Shown in pieces: positions 1 through 9,590 of a DNA stretch of 60,032 nt; the first letter of the stretch is position 1; the number at the start of each line of letters is the position of its first letter. The notes under the pieces were generated by a model, which was not told where the DNA came from, did not search any database, and saw only the letters and a list, made by a program, of their open reading frames with translations. Location: UHGV virus genome UHGV-0168673; one strand, written 5' to 3'. The stretch comes from a virus. The position numbers were made by a program, and so were the translations under genes.

Positions 1-49
1 ACGAGATCGCTCAGTGTCTCGTGGGCTCGGAGATGTGTATAAGAGACAG
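1..49. other. Illumina Nextera adapter / i7 index-primer sequence (library artefact, not phage DNA)
   Basis: ACGAGAT + 8-nt index-like CGCTCAGT + GTCTCGTGGGCTCGG + AGATGTGTATAAGAGACAG (Tn5 mosaic end); exact reverse complement of 59984..60032. Confidence 0.9.
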
Positions 50-670
50 GAGGTAAAGAGATTTCATTAGCTCACGCTTCCAATATGTCTCATGCTCAAT
101 AGCATCTTCAATAACGTCTTCGTCTGCATTAATTTCTTTTTGGTATTCGATATCAGCTTTAGCGTTTTCCCAATAACGAGTTTTAATCAGAACATCATCA
201 TAATAACGTCCAATGGATTCAGCACGTTTCATAATAGCTTCATCTAATACAATTTCATCAAATACCTTCGATGGATCAGTATAAAGATTTCGCATGATAT
301 GAGTATATGAACGACTGTGAATAGTTTCACTAAAAGTCCATGTAGCAACCCATGTATCAAGACTTGGGTCTGAAATTAATGACATAAGTACAGCAGATGG
401 CGCGCGACCCTGAATGCTATCTAAAAGTGATTGATACTTCAGGTTATTAGTAAAAATATCTTGCTGATACTGAGGAAGCTTATTAAACTGTGCAGCATCC
501 ATCATCAAGTTTACTTCTTCAGGACGCCAGAAAAATGATAATTGCTTTTCGGTTAAATCTTCAAAAACTTTATGACGTTGAATATCATAACGCGCAATAC
601 CAAGACCTGAACCAAAAAACATAGGTTCTTTTAAAACATCAACTGGATTTGTATTAAAAACTGTGCTCAT
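50..670 (-). CDS. nrdB: Ribonucleotide reductase class Ia small subunit NrdB, N-terminal ~207 codons only; gene runs off the contig into adapter
   Basis: Track ORF 11..670; MSTVFNTNPVDVL..FFWRPEEV..FSETIHSRSY matches T4 NrdB as recalled; the last ~13 codons of the track ORF are adapter-derived. Confidence 0.85.
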
Positions 671-721
671 AAATTTTCCGCTTAGTTAATAGTTGGTGAC
701 TCGTCCGTGAGTCAAATTATA

Positions 722-2986
722 TCATAATTTACAGGATGAACAATCTTCAGCTTTTGGAGTTTCTATTTCATAATCATCAGTACCAGAACCATCGCGGGTA
801 TTATGATAATAGAAATTTTTTCCGCCAAAATACCAAAAATACAAAAGGTCATCAATCATTATTGACATTGGAACCTTGCCTTTAGGGAAGATTTGGGGGT
901 CATAGTATGTATTCGCCGAAGCTGATTGACAAACCCATTTCAGCATAATAGCTACCTGTGTAAGATAAGGTTTATTACCTTTCTTAGCTAATTTCCACGT
1001 ATAATCATAGAGGTCTATGTTATGCTCAATATTGGGCACGACTTGATTAAAGGAACCCTCTTTTGATTCTTTAACAGAGACTGGTCCACGTGGAGGCTCG
1101 ATACCGTTTGTACTGTTAGAAACTTGGGAAGATGACTCACATGGCATAAGTGCTGATAATGTGCTATTACGGATGCCAAAGAGCTTAAGGTCTTCCCGCA
1201 GCGACGACCAGTCACAAACGTATTTTGGAGCTGCGATTTGGTCAATCTTTTTATTGTACCAGTCGATAGGTAATTCGCCTCGAGACCAACGAGTGTCTGA
1301 ATAATATTCGCAAGGTCCTTTTTCTTTGGCGAGCTTGATGGATGCTTTAATGAGTCCATACTGCAATCTCTCAAATAGTTCATGTGTTAAATCGTTAGCG
1401 TCTTCATAAGAAGCAAAATTACTTGCCAGCCAAGCTGCATAGTTAGTAACACCTACGCCAAGGTTTCGACGCTTTTTAGCTTTTTCTGCTTCAGGAACTG
1501 GATATCCTTGGTAATCCAAAAGATTATCAAGAGCACGAACTTGGACTTCTGCTAATTCATTAATTTTATCTTGGTCTTGCCAATCGAAGTTATCTAACAC
1601 AAATGCAGATAACGTGCACAATCCAATTTCAGCATCAGGACTATTCACATCATTTGTTGGAATAGCAATTTCACAGCACAAGTTACTCTGACGAATAGGT
1701 GCCTTTTCACGAATAAACGGAGTATAGTTATTCGTATTATCAATGAACTGTACATAAATCCTTGCTGTTCCTGAGCGTTCAGTCATGAGCAATTCAAATA
1801 GTTCACGGGCTTTAATACGCTTTTTACGAATATTAGGGTCTTTTTCTGCTGCTTCGTATAATTCACGGAAACGGTCTTGGTCTTTAAAATAAGAATAATA
1901 AAGCTCGCCACCCATTTCATGCGGACTGAACAAAGTAATGTAATCGTTCTTTCCGAATCGTTCCATCATCAAATCATTCAGCTGAACACCATAATCCATA
2001 TGACGAATGCGGTTTTCTTCTACGCCTTTGTTATTTTTCAAAACGAGAAGATTTTCAACTTCCAAATGCCAAATAGGATAATAAGCAGTAGCAGCGCCGC
2101 CACGAATTCCACCCTGTGAACATGATTTAACTGCAGTCTGAAAATGTTTCCAAAAAGGAATAACACCAGTATGGCGTACTTCACCCATGCCAATCTTAGA
2201 ACCTTCGGCACGAATCATACCAACGTTAATACCAATTCCAGCGCGTTTAGAGATATATTCAACAATTGAAGCGGAAGCCTTATTGATAGACTTTAATGAA
2301 TCACCTGCCTCAATAACAACGCATGAACTAAACTGTCGAGTCGGAGTACGACAACCAGCCATAATAGGAGTTGGCAATGAAATCTGTCGAGTAGATACCG
2401 CTTCATAAAAACGGATAACATGTTTTAATCTATCAACAGGTTCATCTTGATGCAGTGCCATTCCAATAGTCATAAATGCAAACTGTGGAGTTTCATAAAT
2501 TTGACCAGTGGTTTTATCTTTAACTAAATATTTTTCTTTTAATTGCATCGCCCCGGAATAAGTAAATTCCATATCCCGCTCGTGCTTAATTTTTGATTCT
2601 AAAAATGTAATTTCTTCTGCTGAATATTTTGACAATAATTCAGGGTCATATTTACCTGCATTTACACAATAAGAAATATGGTCAATAAATGAACGTGGTT
2701 CATACTGCCCATAAACATGCTTACGAAGAGCGAACATTAAACAGCGAGCGGCTACATATTGGTAATCAGGCTCTTCAACTGAAATAGAATTTGCAGCAGC
2801 CTTAATGACAATAGTCTGAATATCATCAGTTGTCATTCCATCACGGAGATAAGATTTAATATTTTCATATAATTCATAAGGATCTACTGATGTTCCCTCA
2901 GCTGCCCAAGATAAAACTTTAATAATTTTTTGTGGGTCAAAGCTCTGAGAAACACCACTACTTTTGATAACATTAATTAATTGCAT
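722..2986 (-). CDS. nrdA: Aerobic ribonucleotide reductase large subunit NrdA
   Basis: 754-aa ORF, same length as T4 NrdA; N-terminus [21 protein letters not shown] and catalytic-region motifs as recalled for T4. Confidence 0.95.
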   Translation of the reverse strand: MQLINVIKSSGVSQSFDPQKIIKVLSWAAEGTSVDPYELYENIKSYLRDGMTTDDIQTIVIKAAANSISVEEPDYQYVAARCLMFALRKHVYGQYEPRSFIDHISYCVNAGKYDPELLSKYSAEEITFLESKIKHERDMEFTYSGAMQLKEKYLVKDKTTGQIYETPQFAFMTIGMALHQDEPVDRLKHVIRFYEAVSTRQISLPTPIMAGCRTPTRQFSSCVVIEAGDSLKSINKASASIVEYISKRAGIGINVGMIRAEGSKIGMGEVRHTGVIPFWKHFQTAVKSCSQGGIRGGAATAYYPIWHLEVENLLVLKNNKGVEENRIRHMDYGVQLNDLMMERFGKNDYITLFSPHEMGGELYYSYFKDQDRFRELYEAAEKDPNIRKKRIKARELFELLMTERSGTARIYVQFIDNTNNYTPFIREKAPIRQSNLCCEIAIPTNDVNSPDAEIGLCTLSAFVLDNFDWQDQDKINELAEVQVRALDNLLDYQGYPVPEAEKAKKRRNLGVGVTNYAAWLASNFASYEDANDLTHELFERLQYGLIKASIKLAKEKGPCEYYSDTRWSRGELPIDWYNKKIDQIAAPKYVCDWSSLREDLKLFGIRNSTLSALMPCESSSQVSNSTNGIEPPRGPVSVKESKEGSFNQVVPNIEHNIDLYDYTWKLAKKGNKPYLTQVAIMLKWVCQSASANTYYDPQIFPKGKVPMSIMIDDLLYFWYFGGKNFYYHNTRDGSGTDDYEIETPKAEDCSSCKL

Positions 2987-3303
2987 AAGTCCTCAACTTG
3001 AAAATCGTCTTTAAACAATCGGTTAACTATATGAGCTATTATATCACCATGACACGGCTTTGGTTTACATGTGCATCCTAGCCTCATTCCACGTAAAGGC
3101 TCTAAATGTGCTTTAGTTATTTCTCCGGATTTAATTCGACGTATAAAATCTTTTTTGAATAATTCAATGGCAGCCGGGAGGCTGCCAGCATCTTTACCGA
3201 CGTAATTTCCCCAAAATGTACCGCGGTGAATATTAACATCAAAGTCGGATTTGTATTTATTCACTACCCGGCATAGACGGCCCACGCTGGAATAATTCGT
3301 CAT
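2977..3303 (-). CDS. Hypothetical protein (position of T4 nrdA.1), Cys/His cluster [11 protein letters not shown]
   Basis: 108-aa track ORF overlapping nrdA start by 10 nt; no function inferable. Confidence 0.55.
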
Positions 3304-3520
3304 ATTGTTTTTCCGTTAATACAGTAATATCATAGTAACAATCGGAAGAAGTTTTAACTGTGGAAATTTTATTATCAAAATACTCACGAGTCATTTTATG
3401 AGTATAGTATTTTTTACCATAAATGGTAATAGGCTGTTCTGGTCCTGGAACTTCTAACTCGCTTGGGTTAGGAAGTGTAAAAAGAACAACGCCAGAAGTA
3501 TCTTTAAATCGTAAAATCAT
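3257..3520 (-). CDS. Hypothetical protein (position of T4 nrdA.2)
   Basis: 87-aa track ORF; start overlaps td stop (coupled arrangement). Confidence 0.5.
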
Positions 3521-4377
3521 ATTGCCATTTTCCCTTTAATTGCTGGATGCGATTCATAATTTTCAAGGATAAAATCTTTCGGTTTCATGTATTCAGTTAA
3601 CCAGTAAAGCTGTGTTTCGGTGTCACAATTTCCAAACTCTATAGGCCAATCAATTTTAAGTTCACACAGTTCTTTAGGCTCACGACGTAAAATTTCTTTA
3701 CATTGTGCAGTATGATTCATATAGATGTGAGTATTACCACCAGAAAATATCAAATCTCCTGGGATAAGATTACACATCTTAGCCACAATATGCGTCAAGG
3801 CAGCGTACGAGGCAATGTTGAATGGCAAGCCCAAGAAAACATCTACACTTCTTTGGTACCATTGTAAATCAAGATAACCATTACGCACATTAAACTGATA
3901 GAACATATGACAGGGCGGTAATGCCATTTGATTGATTTCAGCTGGATTCCATGCTGAAACGATTTGACGTCGATCAGTTGGTAATTTTTTAATACGATCA
4001 ATAGTTTCAACTAATTGATCCACACCGCCGAAATCACGCCATTGTTTACCGTATATAGGACCAAGTTCACCACTATGATATCCTAGGTCTTTAGCCTGGT
4101 TTTCATAGTTATCGTCCCAAATAGTTTTACCTTGAATAAGACTGCCATGAGTGCGAAGACGTAAATCATTAACATTGGTAGAACCGGAAATAAACCATAG
4201 AAGCTCAGCAATGCATGCATTCCAGGCGAGCTTTTTAGTTGTTACTGCAGGAAAACCTTTGGTTAAATCCCAACGCAATTTAGTACCGAACAAAGCAATT
4301 GTTCCTGTGCCTGTTCGGTCATCGGTTTCATAACCATTTTCAAAAATGTCTTTAATTAAATCTTGGTATTGTTTCAT
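3517..4377 (-). CDS. td: Thymidylate synthase, uninterrupted (no intron)
   Basis: 286-aa continuous ORF; [26 protein letters not shown] and PPCH active-site region match T4 Td. Confidence 0.95.
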
Positions 4378-4422
4378 TTAGTACCTTATATAAATTATAA
4401 TACATTTTATGAAGCTAAATAA

Positions 4423-4770
4423 TCAATACGGTTTAGCATCAAATTTTCTCTCAATTTCAGGCGTGAAATATAATTCTTTACCGCGTTTGGAAAAGCGACC
4501 AATAATATGATAATTATTCTCATCAAACGTGATATTACCAATATCCATAGCTTTCAACCAAATATCGATATTTCTGTCAAGCTTTATATCAAAATTCCAA
4601 TACGGAGAACTATTACCAAAAATACTGCAAGCGGATTCAGTGAAACAACTGCTATAAATTTTGTCTTTAGGAACTATTAATTGATAGACGCCTTTAATAA
4701 ACTGAGGACCTTGCCATTTTGGTTGTTTCGCGTCTTTTTCTAATAGAATAGGGTAATAATTAAAATTCAT
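4423..4770 (-). CDS. Hypothetical protein encoded between frd and td
   Basis: Track ORF 4423..4782 starts at GTG; first ATG (MNFNYYPILL..) at 4770; no recognisable motif. Confidence 0.55.
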   Translation of the reverse strand: MNFNYYPILLEKDAKQPKWQGPQFIKGVYQLIVPKDKIYSSCFTESACSIFGNSSPYWNFDIKLDRNIDIWLKAMDIGNITFDENNYHIIGRFSKRGKELYFTPEIERKFDAKPY

Positions 4771-4790
4771 ATTTTCCGCCACGTATTATT

Positions 4791-5617
<827 letters not shown>

Positions 5618-5628
5618 ATTATCTCCTA

Positions 5629-5961
5629 TTAAAAAGGATCAGGAATATATCCGCTAGCTTTAATCATTTTAATTAACGTTAGCATTCCTTTATTAACCGC
5701 TAGTGAGATTTCATCAAAAACTTCATCACTAAAAAGTTCTAACACACCCTTCTGAACTTTTAATTTACAGCCAACAATTTCGTCATCGCCTATAGTAAAT
5801 TCATTACCACCAATTCCTCCGAAAAACTTAATTACACCAGTTAACTGTCTTCCACGAGAATATGGGTCGTGTGATAAAGTAATATGAGTCACCCCGGGTA
5901 CAGTTTTAAATTGGCAGCGAATATTTACTTGTGAAATTCCAGTTACATGAATATCAGACAT
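5629..5961 (-). CDS. Hypothetical protein
   Basis: 110-aa track ORF with GAGGA SD. Confidence 0.55.
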   Translation of the reverse strand: MSDIHVTGISQVNIRCQFKTVPGVTHITLSHDPYSRGRQLTGVIKFFGGIGGNEFTIGDDEIVGCKLKVQKGVLELFSDEVFDEISLAVNKGMLTLIKMIKASGYIPDPF

Positions 5962-5971
5962 AATATTTTCC

Positions 5972-6214
5972 TCAAATAGACTTTTTCACAATTTTCCAAT
6001 CAGCTTTAAACTGATCAACGTCAGAGTGATAAATCCAAAATCCTGCGCTTTCTCCATCCTCATAAAGAGGGCATCTATCACATTCATCTTCCCATCCCAT
6101 ATCACGCAAAAGATGTTCAGCTTTTTCAACAAGTTCAGAATCTTTACCGATGATATTAAAATACCATTTACCTCTAACTTCTGAATCTTTGATGCTTTGG
6201 CGTTGTAATCTCAT
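5972..6214 (-). CDS. Hypothetical protein
   Basis: 80-aa track ORF; GAGGAG SD and early-promoter module immediately upstream. Confidence 0.6.
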   Translation of the reverse strand: MRLQRQSIKDSEVRGKWYFNIIGKDSELVEKAEHLLRDMGWEDECDRCPLYEDGESAGFWIYHSDVDQFKADWKIVKKSI

Positions 6215-6243
6215 TTTATTCTCCTCAGTAGTTGATAGGGTAA

Positions 6244-6272
6244 TAGTATCACACTACTACCCTGTTGTAAAC
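6244..6272 (-). promoter_or_regulatory. Early promoter (-35 GTTTAC / -10 TGaTACTAT)
   Basis: Same module as at 7235; upstream of ORF 5972..6214. Confidence 0.55.
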
Positions 6273-6274
6273 AA

Positions 6275-6535
6275 TTATTTTTGAATTTTATCGAGCCACT
6301 TACCAAGCTTAATCATTTCTTTAGTAGCCTTTTCCATACTTCTGAACTTAACCAATAGAGGATAGGTATCGACACCCATAACTAAACTGGTTACAAGACT
6401 GTGTTCACCCACAAGCCATAATGAATACGTTTGAATATCGAGTCCGTAATTTCTGTCTTTATGGACCCGTACACCCATCACTTCAAATTTCTCACTAGCT
6501 TTTTCTACCGCATCCAGGAAATCATCTTTAGTCAT
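6275..6535 (-). CDS. Hypothetical protein
   Basis: Track ORF 6275..6577; I prefer the ATG at 6535 (MTKDDF..) one nt after the upstream stop (TAA-T-ATG coupling); the 6577 ATG is an alternative. Confidence 0.45.
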   Translation of the reverse strand: MTKDDFLDAVEKASEKFEVMGVRVHKDRNYGLDIQTYSLWLVGEHSLVTSLVMGVDTYPLLVKFRSMEKATKEMIKLGKWLDKIQK

Positions 6536-6536
6536 A

Positions 6537-6917
6537 TTAGGCCTTAAAAGTTTTTCGCAAAAGTTCAATGATTTCATCTACATTGTTTTCGTCAACAATG
6601 CAGTGAATTTTTGTTACGCCAGAAACCTTGTCTTTGACTTCATCTTCTTCAGAAGTCGGTTCTTTATACTCACGAAAACAATGAAATTCATCTTCGCAAA
6701 TTTCTAAAAGTCTATCTTTGAGGTAAAAATGCTTTCCATTTGCGCATTCAATGTGTTTTACTGCTTTATATCCATTAGCGACGGAAACTTCTTTAACTTC
6801 AAACCATCCGCCATTATCTCGAATAGCTTTAACGATTGATGAATTAGAACGTGGGCTATAATTAATAAATGTATCAATAAGTCTTGGAACAAGCTCATAC
6901 TTTTTGCCGATATACAT
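6537..6917 (-). CDS. Hypothetical protein
   Basis: Track ORF starts at TTG 6974; first ATG (MYIGKKY) at 6917 preceded by GAGGAA. Confidence 0.55.
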   Translation of the reverse strand: MYIGKKYELVPRLIDTFINYSPRSNSSIVKAIRDNGGWFEVKEVSVANGYKAVKHIECANGKHFYLKDRLLEICEDEFHCFREYKEPTSEEDEVKDKVSGVTKIHCIVDENNVDEIIELLRKTFKA

Positions 6918-6963
6918 TACGGTTTCCTCATTTTGATAGGGGCTTGATAGAGCCCCTTGATAA

Positions 6964-7191
6964 TTATTGTTCAATCAGTCCCATGTAAAATTCTGCGTCT
7001 TCAGAATCCATGCCATCACAATATTCATTAGCCATAAAGCGGGTGAGGTCTTCAAGAGGACCTTCAACAACAATTTGAATACTCCAAAATTTAGAATCTT
7101 GCACACTTGTGATACTAAGTTCAGGATAACGATTACGAATAATCTCTTCAATATATTCAAAATCAACAATGTCAATATCAACTTTAGCCAT
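6964..7191 (-). CDS. Hypothetical protein
   Basis: Track ORF 6964..7254; first ATG (MAKVDID) at 7191 preceded by GAGGAA and an early promoter. Confidence 0.55.
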   Translation of the reverse strand: MAKVDIDIVDFEYIEEIIRNRYPELSITSVQDSKFWSIQIVVEGPLEDLTRFMANEYCDGMDSEDAEFYMGLIEQ

Positions 7192-7234
7192 ATTATTTTC
7201 CTCTTTAATCATCAGCAGTATTGCCGATAGTTGT

Positions 7235-7264
7235 ATAGTACCATGGAAGGACAAGGATGTAAAC
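7235..7264 (-). promoter_or_regulatory. Early (sigma70-type) promoter: -35 GTTTAC, 18-nt spacer, TG-extended -10 TACTAT
   Basis: Minus strand GTTTACA..TGGTACTAT with A/T-rich upstream region; directly upstream of ORF 6964..7191. Confidence 0.6.
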
Positions 7265-7289
7265 CGTTTTGTGAAAAAAATTTTTGAAA

Positions 7290-7316
7290 TAAAAAAAGGG
7301 GACCTCTAGGGTCCCC
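7290..7316 (-). terminator. Rho-independent terminator after gene 32
   Basis: Minus strand GGGGACC-CUAGA-GGUCCCC followed by UUUUUUU. Confidence 0.7.
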
Positions 7317-7338
7317 AATTAATTAGTAATATAATCTA

Positions 7339-8247
7339 TTAAAGGTCATTCAAAAGGTCATCCAGGTCCGTGTCATCAGCACTAGATGAACTACCAGAGC
7401 TTGAGCTCATAAAATCATCTTCAGTTTTTGTATTGAAGTCATCAACATTGAATGCATCCAAATCATCAGCAACTTTATCAGCTTTCTTAGCAGCAGTTGC
7501 AGCGGCACCGCCCATCACAGCAGTTCCCATGACTTGACCGAATTTAGTGCTCAGTTCTTCAAACGATTTGAATTTATCTTTAGAAGTCATTTCAGAAAGG
7601 TCAACCATTTGTTCGAACAATTCTTTCTGGAAAGATTCATCATCAATGTTTGGAATCGCAGATTGATTCAGGAATTTAGATTCGTCGTAGTTACTAAATC
7701 CAGAAACTTGTTTAACTTTCAGTACAAAGTTAGCACCTTCCCACGGACAAGTTACATCAACCGGAGTTTCACCCATTTCAACATCAACCGCAATCATCGC
7801 GTTGATTTTATCCCAGATTTTCTTACCGAAACGATATTTAAATACTTTACCTTCGTTTTCTGGAGCAGCTGGGTCTTTTACAACAAGAATGTTAGCCCAG
7901 TAAGAAGTTTTACGTTTAACAAGACTGTACTCTTTATTGTCAGTGTTGTACAGATCATTTTTACTGATGTATTGACATACTGGGCAAGAATCGTAATCAC
8001 CATGGGTAGATGAACATGTTTCAATATACCATTTACCATTTTTCTTGAAACCGTGATTTACAAGAATTGCGAATGGTGCTTGTTCATCATTTTTAGACGG
8101 AAGAAAACGAATTACTGCTTGACCGTTACCCGCATTATCGAGTTTCAGTTTCCACTCGCCTTTATCTTCAGAAGAAAAACCACCTTTATTTCCAGCCAGT
8201 TTAGCCATTTGTGCAGCGAGTTCAGCAGTAGATTTACGTTTAAACAT
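7339..8247 (-). CDS. 32: Single-stranded DNA-binding protein gp32
   Basis: 302-aa ORF; [17 protein letters not shown].. and acidic C-terminal tail match T4 gp32. Confidence 0.97.
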   Translation of the reverse strand: MFKRKSTAELAAQMAKLAGNKGGFSSEDKGEWKLKLDNAGNGQAVIRFLPSKNDEQAPFAILVNHGFKKNGKWYIETCSSTHGDYDSCPVCQYISKNDLYNTDNKEYSLVKRKTSYWANILVVKDPAAPENEGKVFKYRFGKKIWDKINAMIAVDVEMGETPVDVTCPWEGANFVLKVKQVSGFSNYDESKFLNQSAIPNIDDESFQKELFEQMVDLSEMTSKDKFKSFEELSTKFGQVMGTAVMGGAAATAAKKADKVADDLDAFNVDDFNTKTEDDFMSSSSGSSSSADDTDLDDLLNDL

Positions 8248-8330
8248 TTTTATTTCCTTTTTAATTTAATTAACAGTTGGTGCTATGACGATGTATGACC
8301 TCATAGCTGGTCAGTGAGATAATTATAATC
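8248..8330 (-). promoter_or_regulatory. Gene 32 mRNA leader: autoregulatory translational operator (pseudoknot plus unstructured UUAAA-repeat region)
   Basis: Minus strand ..GACCAGCUAUGAGGUCAUACAUCGUCAUAGCA..CUGUUAAUUAAAUUAAAAAGGAAAUAAAAAUG matches the T4 gene 32 operator as recalled. Confidence 0.7.
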
Positions 8331-8338
8331 TATTTATA
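8331..8338 (-). promoter_or_regulatory. Late promoter motif TATAAATA upstream of gene 32 leader
   Basis: Exact TATAAATA on minus strand, ~84 nt upstream of the gene 32 ATG. Confidence 0.45.
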
Positions 8339-8346
8339 ATAAGCAA

Positions 8347-9000
8347 TTAATACTTACAAGATTTCACAGTTTCAATAAAAACACTTTTAGCTTTATGTGA
8401 ATCAATATTTAAAATTTTTCTATAAGCCTTTAACTTTATAGAATAATTATTCCAGACTAAATTATCAGTCTGTTCATCATGTTTATCAATTATATTTAAA
8501 AACGAATCAAGCAAGATAAACGTCTCAAACGAAATTATATTCGATTGAAGTAGTTTAAAAATATAACTTGATTGAACTTTTGGATTATATTCAAAGATTT
8601 CTTTAAAAGCAGAAACTTCAACTTTTTTACTAAAATAATAAATGTTGCGAATATCTTCTTCAAACTTAAATTTAATTTGCTTTAAGCGTCCGATATATTC
8701 ACGATAAAACACAAGTGCATCAGCGTCAGAGATGTCACCAATCCAAGCATCTTGGTTAGCAACCAAATTGCTTATAAAGATTAAAGCAAGTTCCTTTAAT
8801 TTATATTTTTCTGATAACTTCTGGAAAAAATACTTATCCCTTCGCTTTTGATAAGCGGCATCAGACACCCGCATGCACCAATTATACTTAATAACATCAT
8901 ACTTTCCATTCATATGTTGTTTTATCATTAAGTATAATTTATAAACTGATTTACCATCAATGTATCTTTCACCACCAGCAGGCATGCGGAGTTTAATCAT
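8347..9000 (-). CDS. 59: Helicase loader gp59
   Basis: 217-aa ORF, MIKLRMPAGGERYIDGKSVYKLYLMIKQHMNGKYDV..; same length as T4 gp59. Confidence 0.95.
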   Translation of the reverse strand: MIKLRMPAGGERYIDGKSVYKLYLMIKQHMNGKYDVIKYNWCMRVSDAAYQKRRDKYFFQKLSEKYKLKELALIFISNLVANQDAWIGDISDADALVFYREYIGRLKQIKFKFEEDIRNIYYFSKKVEVSAFKEIFEYNPKVQSSYIFKLLQSNIISFETFILLDSFLNIIDKHDEQTDNLVWNNYSIKLKAYRKILNIDSHKAKSVFIETVKSCKY

Positions 9001-9335
9001 AGTAGAAAATCTAATGTATTAGTTTTTTCACAACGAACAACAGAAGGACGTAAAAGATTTTCGTCGATAGCTTCTGACTGAATTTTTTCAATTATACCCG
9101 AAGGAATAAATTTAGCAAATTGAGTTTCAGGAATAGAGTTTTCTTCTAAGAATGCTGTCGTAGCTTCAAGATAACTCATTCCAAACTCTTCTACCATTTT
9201 TTCAATAATAAATCCATTTTCTTGACGATCAAGAAGCTTTGCTATTTCATCCTTTTCTTTCTTGATTGAAAGTTCTTTTTCTGAAAGACCGGTCTCATCG
9301 ACCGGACGAATATCATTTAGAGAAAACTGTGTCAT
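8997..9335 (-). CDS. 33: Late transcription co-activator gp33
   Basis: Track ORF starts at TTG 9344; from the ATG the product (MTQFSLNDIRPVDETGL.., 112 aa) matches T4 gp33. Confidence 0.85.
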   Translation of the reverse strand: MTQFSLNDIRPVDETGLSEKELSIKKEKDEIAKLLDRQENGFIIEKMVEEFGMSYLEATTAFLEENSIPETQFAKFIPSGIIEKIQSEAIDENLLRPSVVRCEKTNTLDFLL

Positions 9336-9582
9336 AAAGTTCAACTACCTCTTCGGTTTCAGCTTCAAACACATCACGGTTATCTTTATGATATAGAGCC
9401 AAAAGACGATTAAACATCTTGCCATCAACACCAAGTTCATCTTTAGCACGAATTCGAATATCTTTAATCAATTCATTATAACCGGAAATTTTCAGTTTAT
9501 GATCAGATGCTTCTTTAATAAATTTAGCCAAGTCTTCGCCGTGGATAGCTTCATCAAATTCAACCATTTCTTTTTTAGCCAT
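9313..9582 (-). CDS. dsbA: dsDNA-binding protein DsbA
   Basis: 89-aa ORF MAKKEMVEFDEAIHGEDLAKFIKEASDHKLKISGY..; T4 DsbA size and position. Confidence 0.85.
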   Translation of the reverse strand: MAKKEMVEFDEAIHGEDLAKFIKEASDHKLKISGYNELIKDIRIRAKDELGVDGKMFNRLLALYHKDNRDVFEAETEEVVELYDTVFSK

Positions 9583-9590
9583 TATTCACC

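Noticed and set aside
1877-2408. Plus-strand ORFs of 80 and 73 aa inside nrdA (1877..2119, 2187..2408)
   Set aside because: Antisense to a highly conserved, recognised gene; no SD or promoter context; typical shadow ORFs. The same reasoning applies to the other plus-strand track ORFs inside minus-strand genes (e.g. 7534..8013 in gene 32, 24367..24717 in gene 52, 32153..33016 in gene 39, 38880..39249 in dda, 54706..56004 in gene 43).
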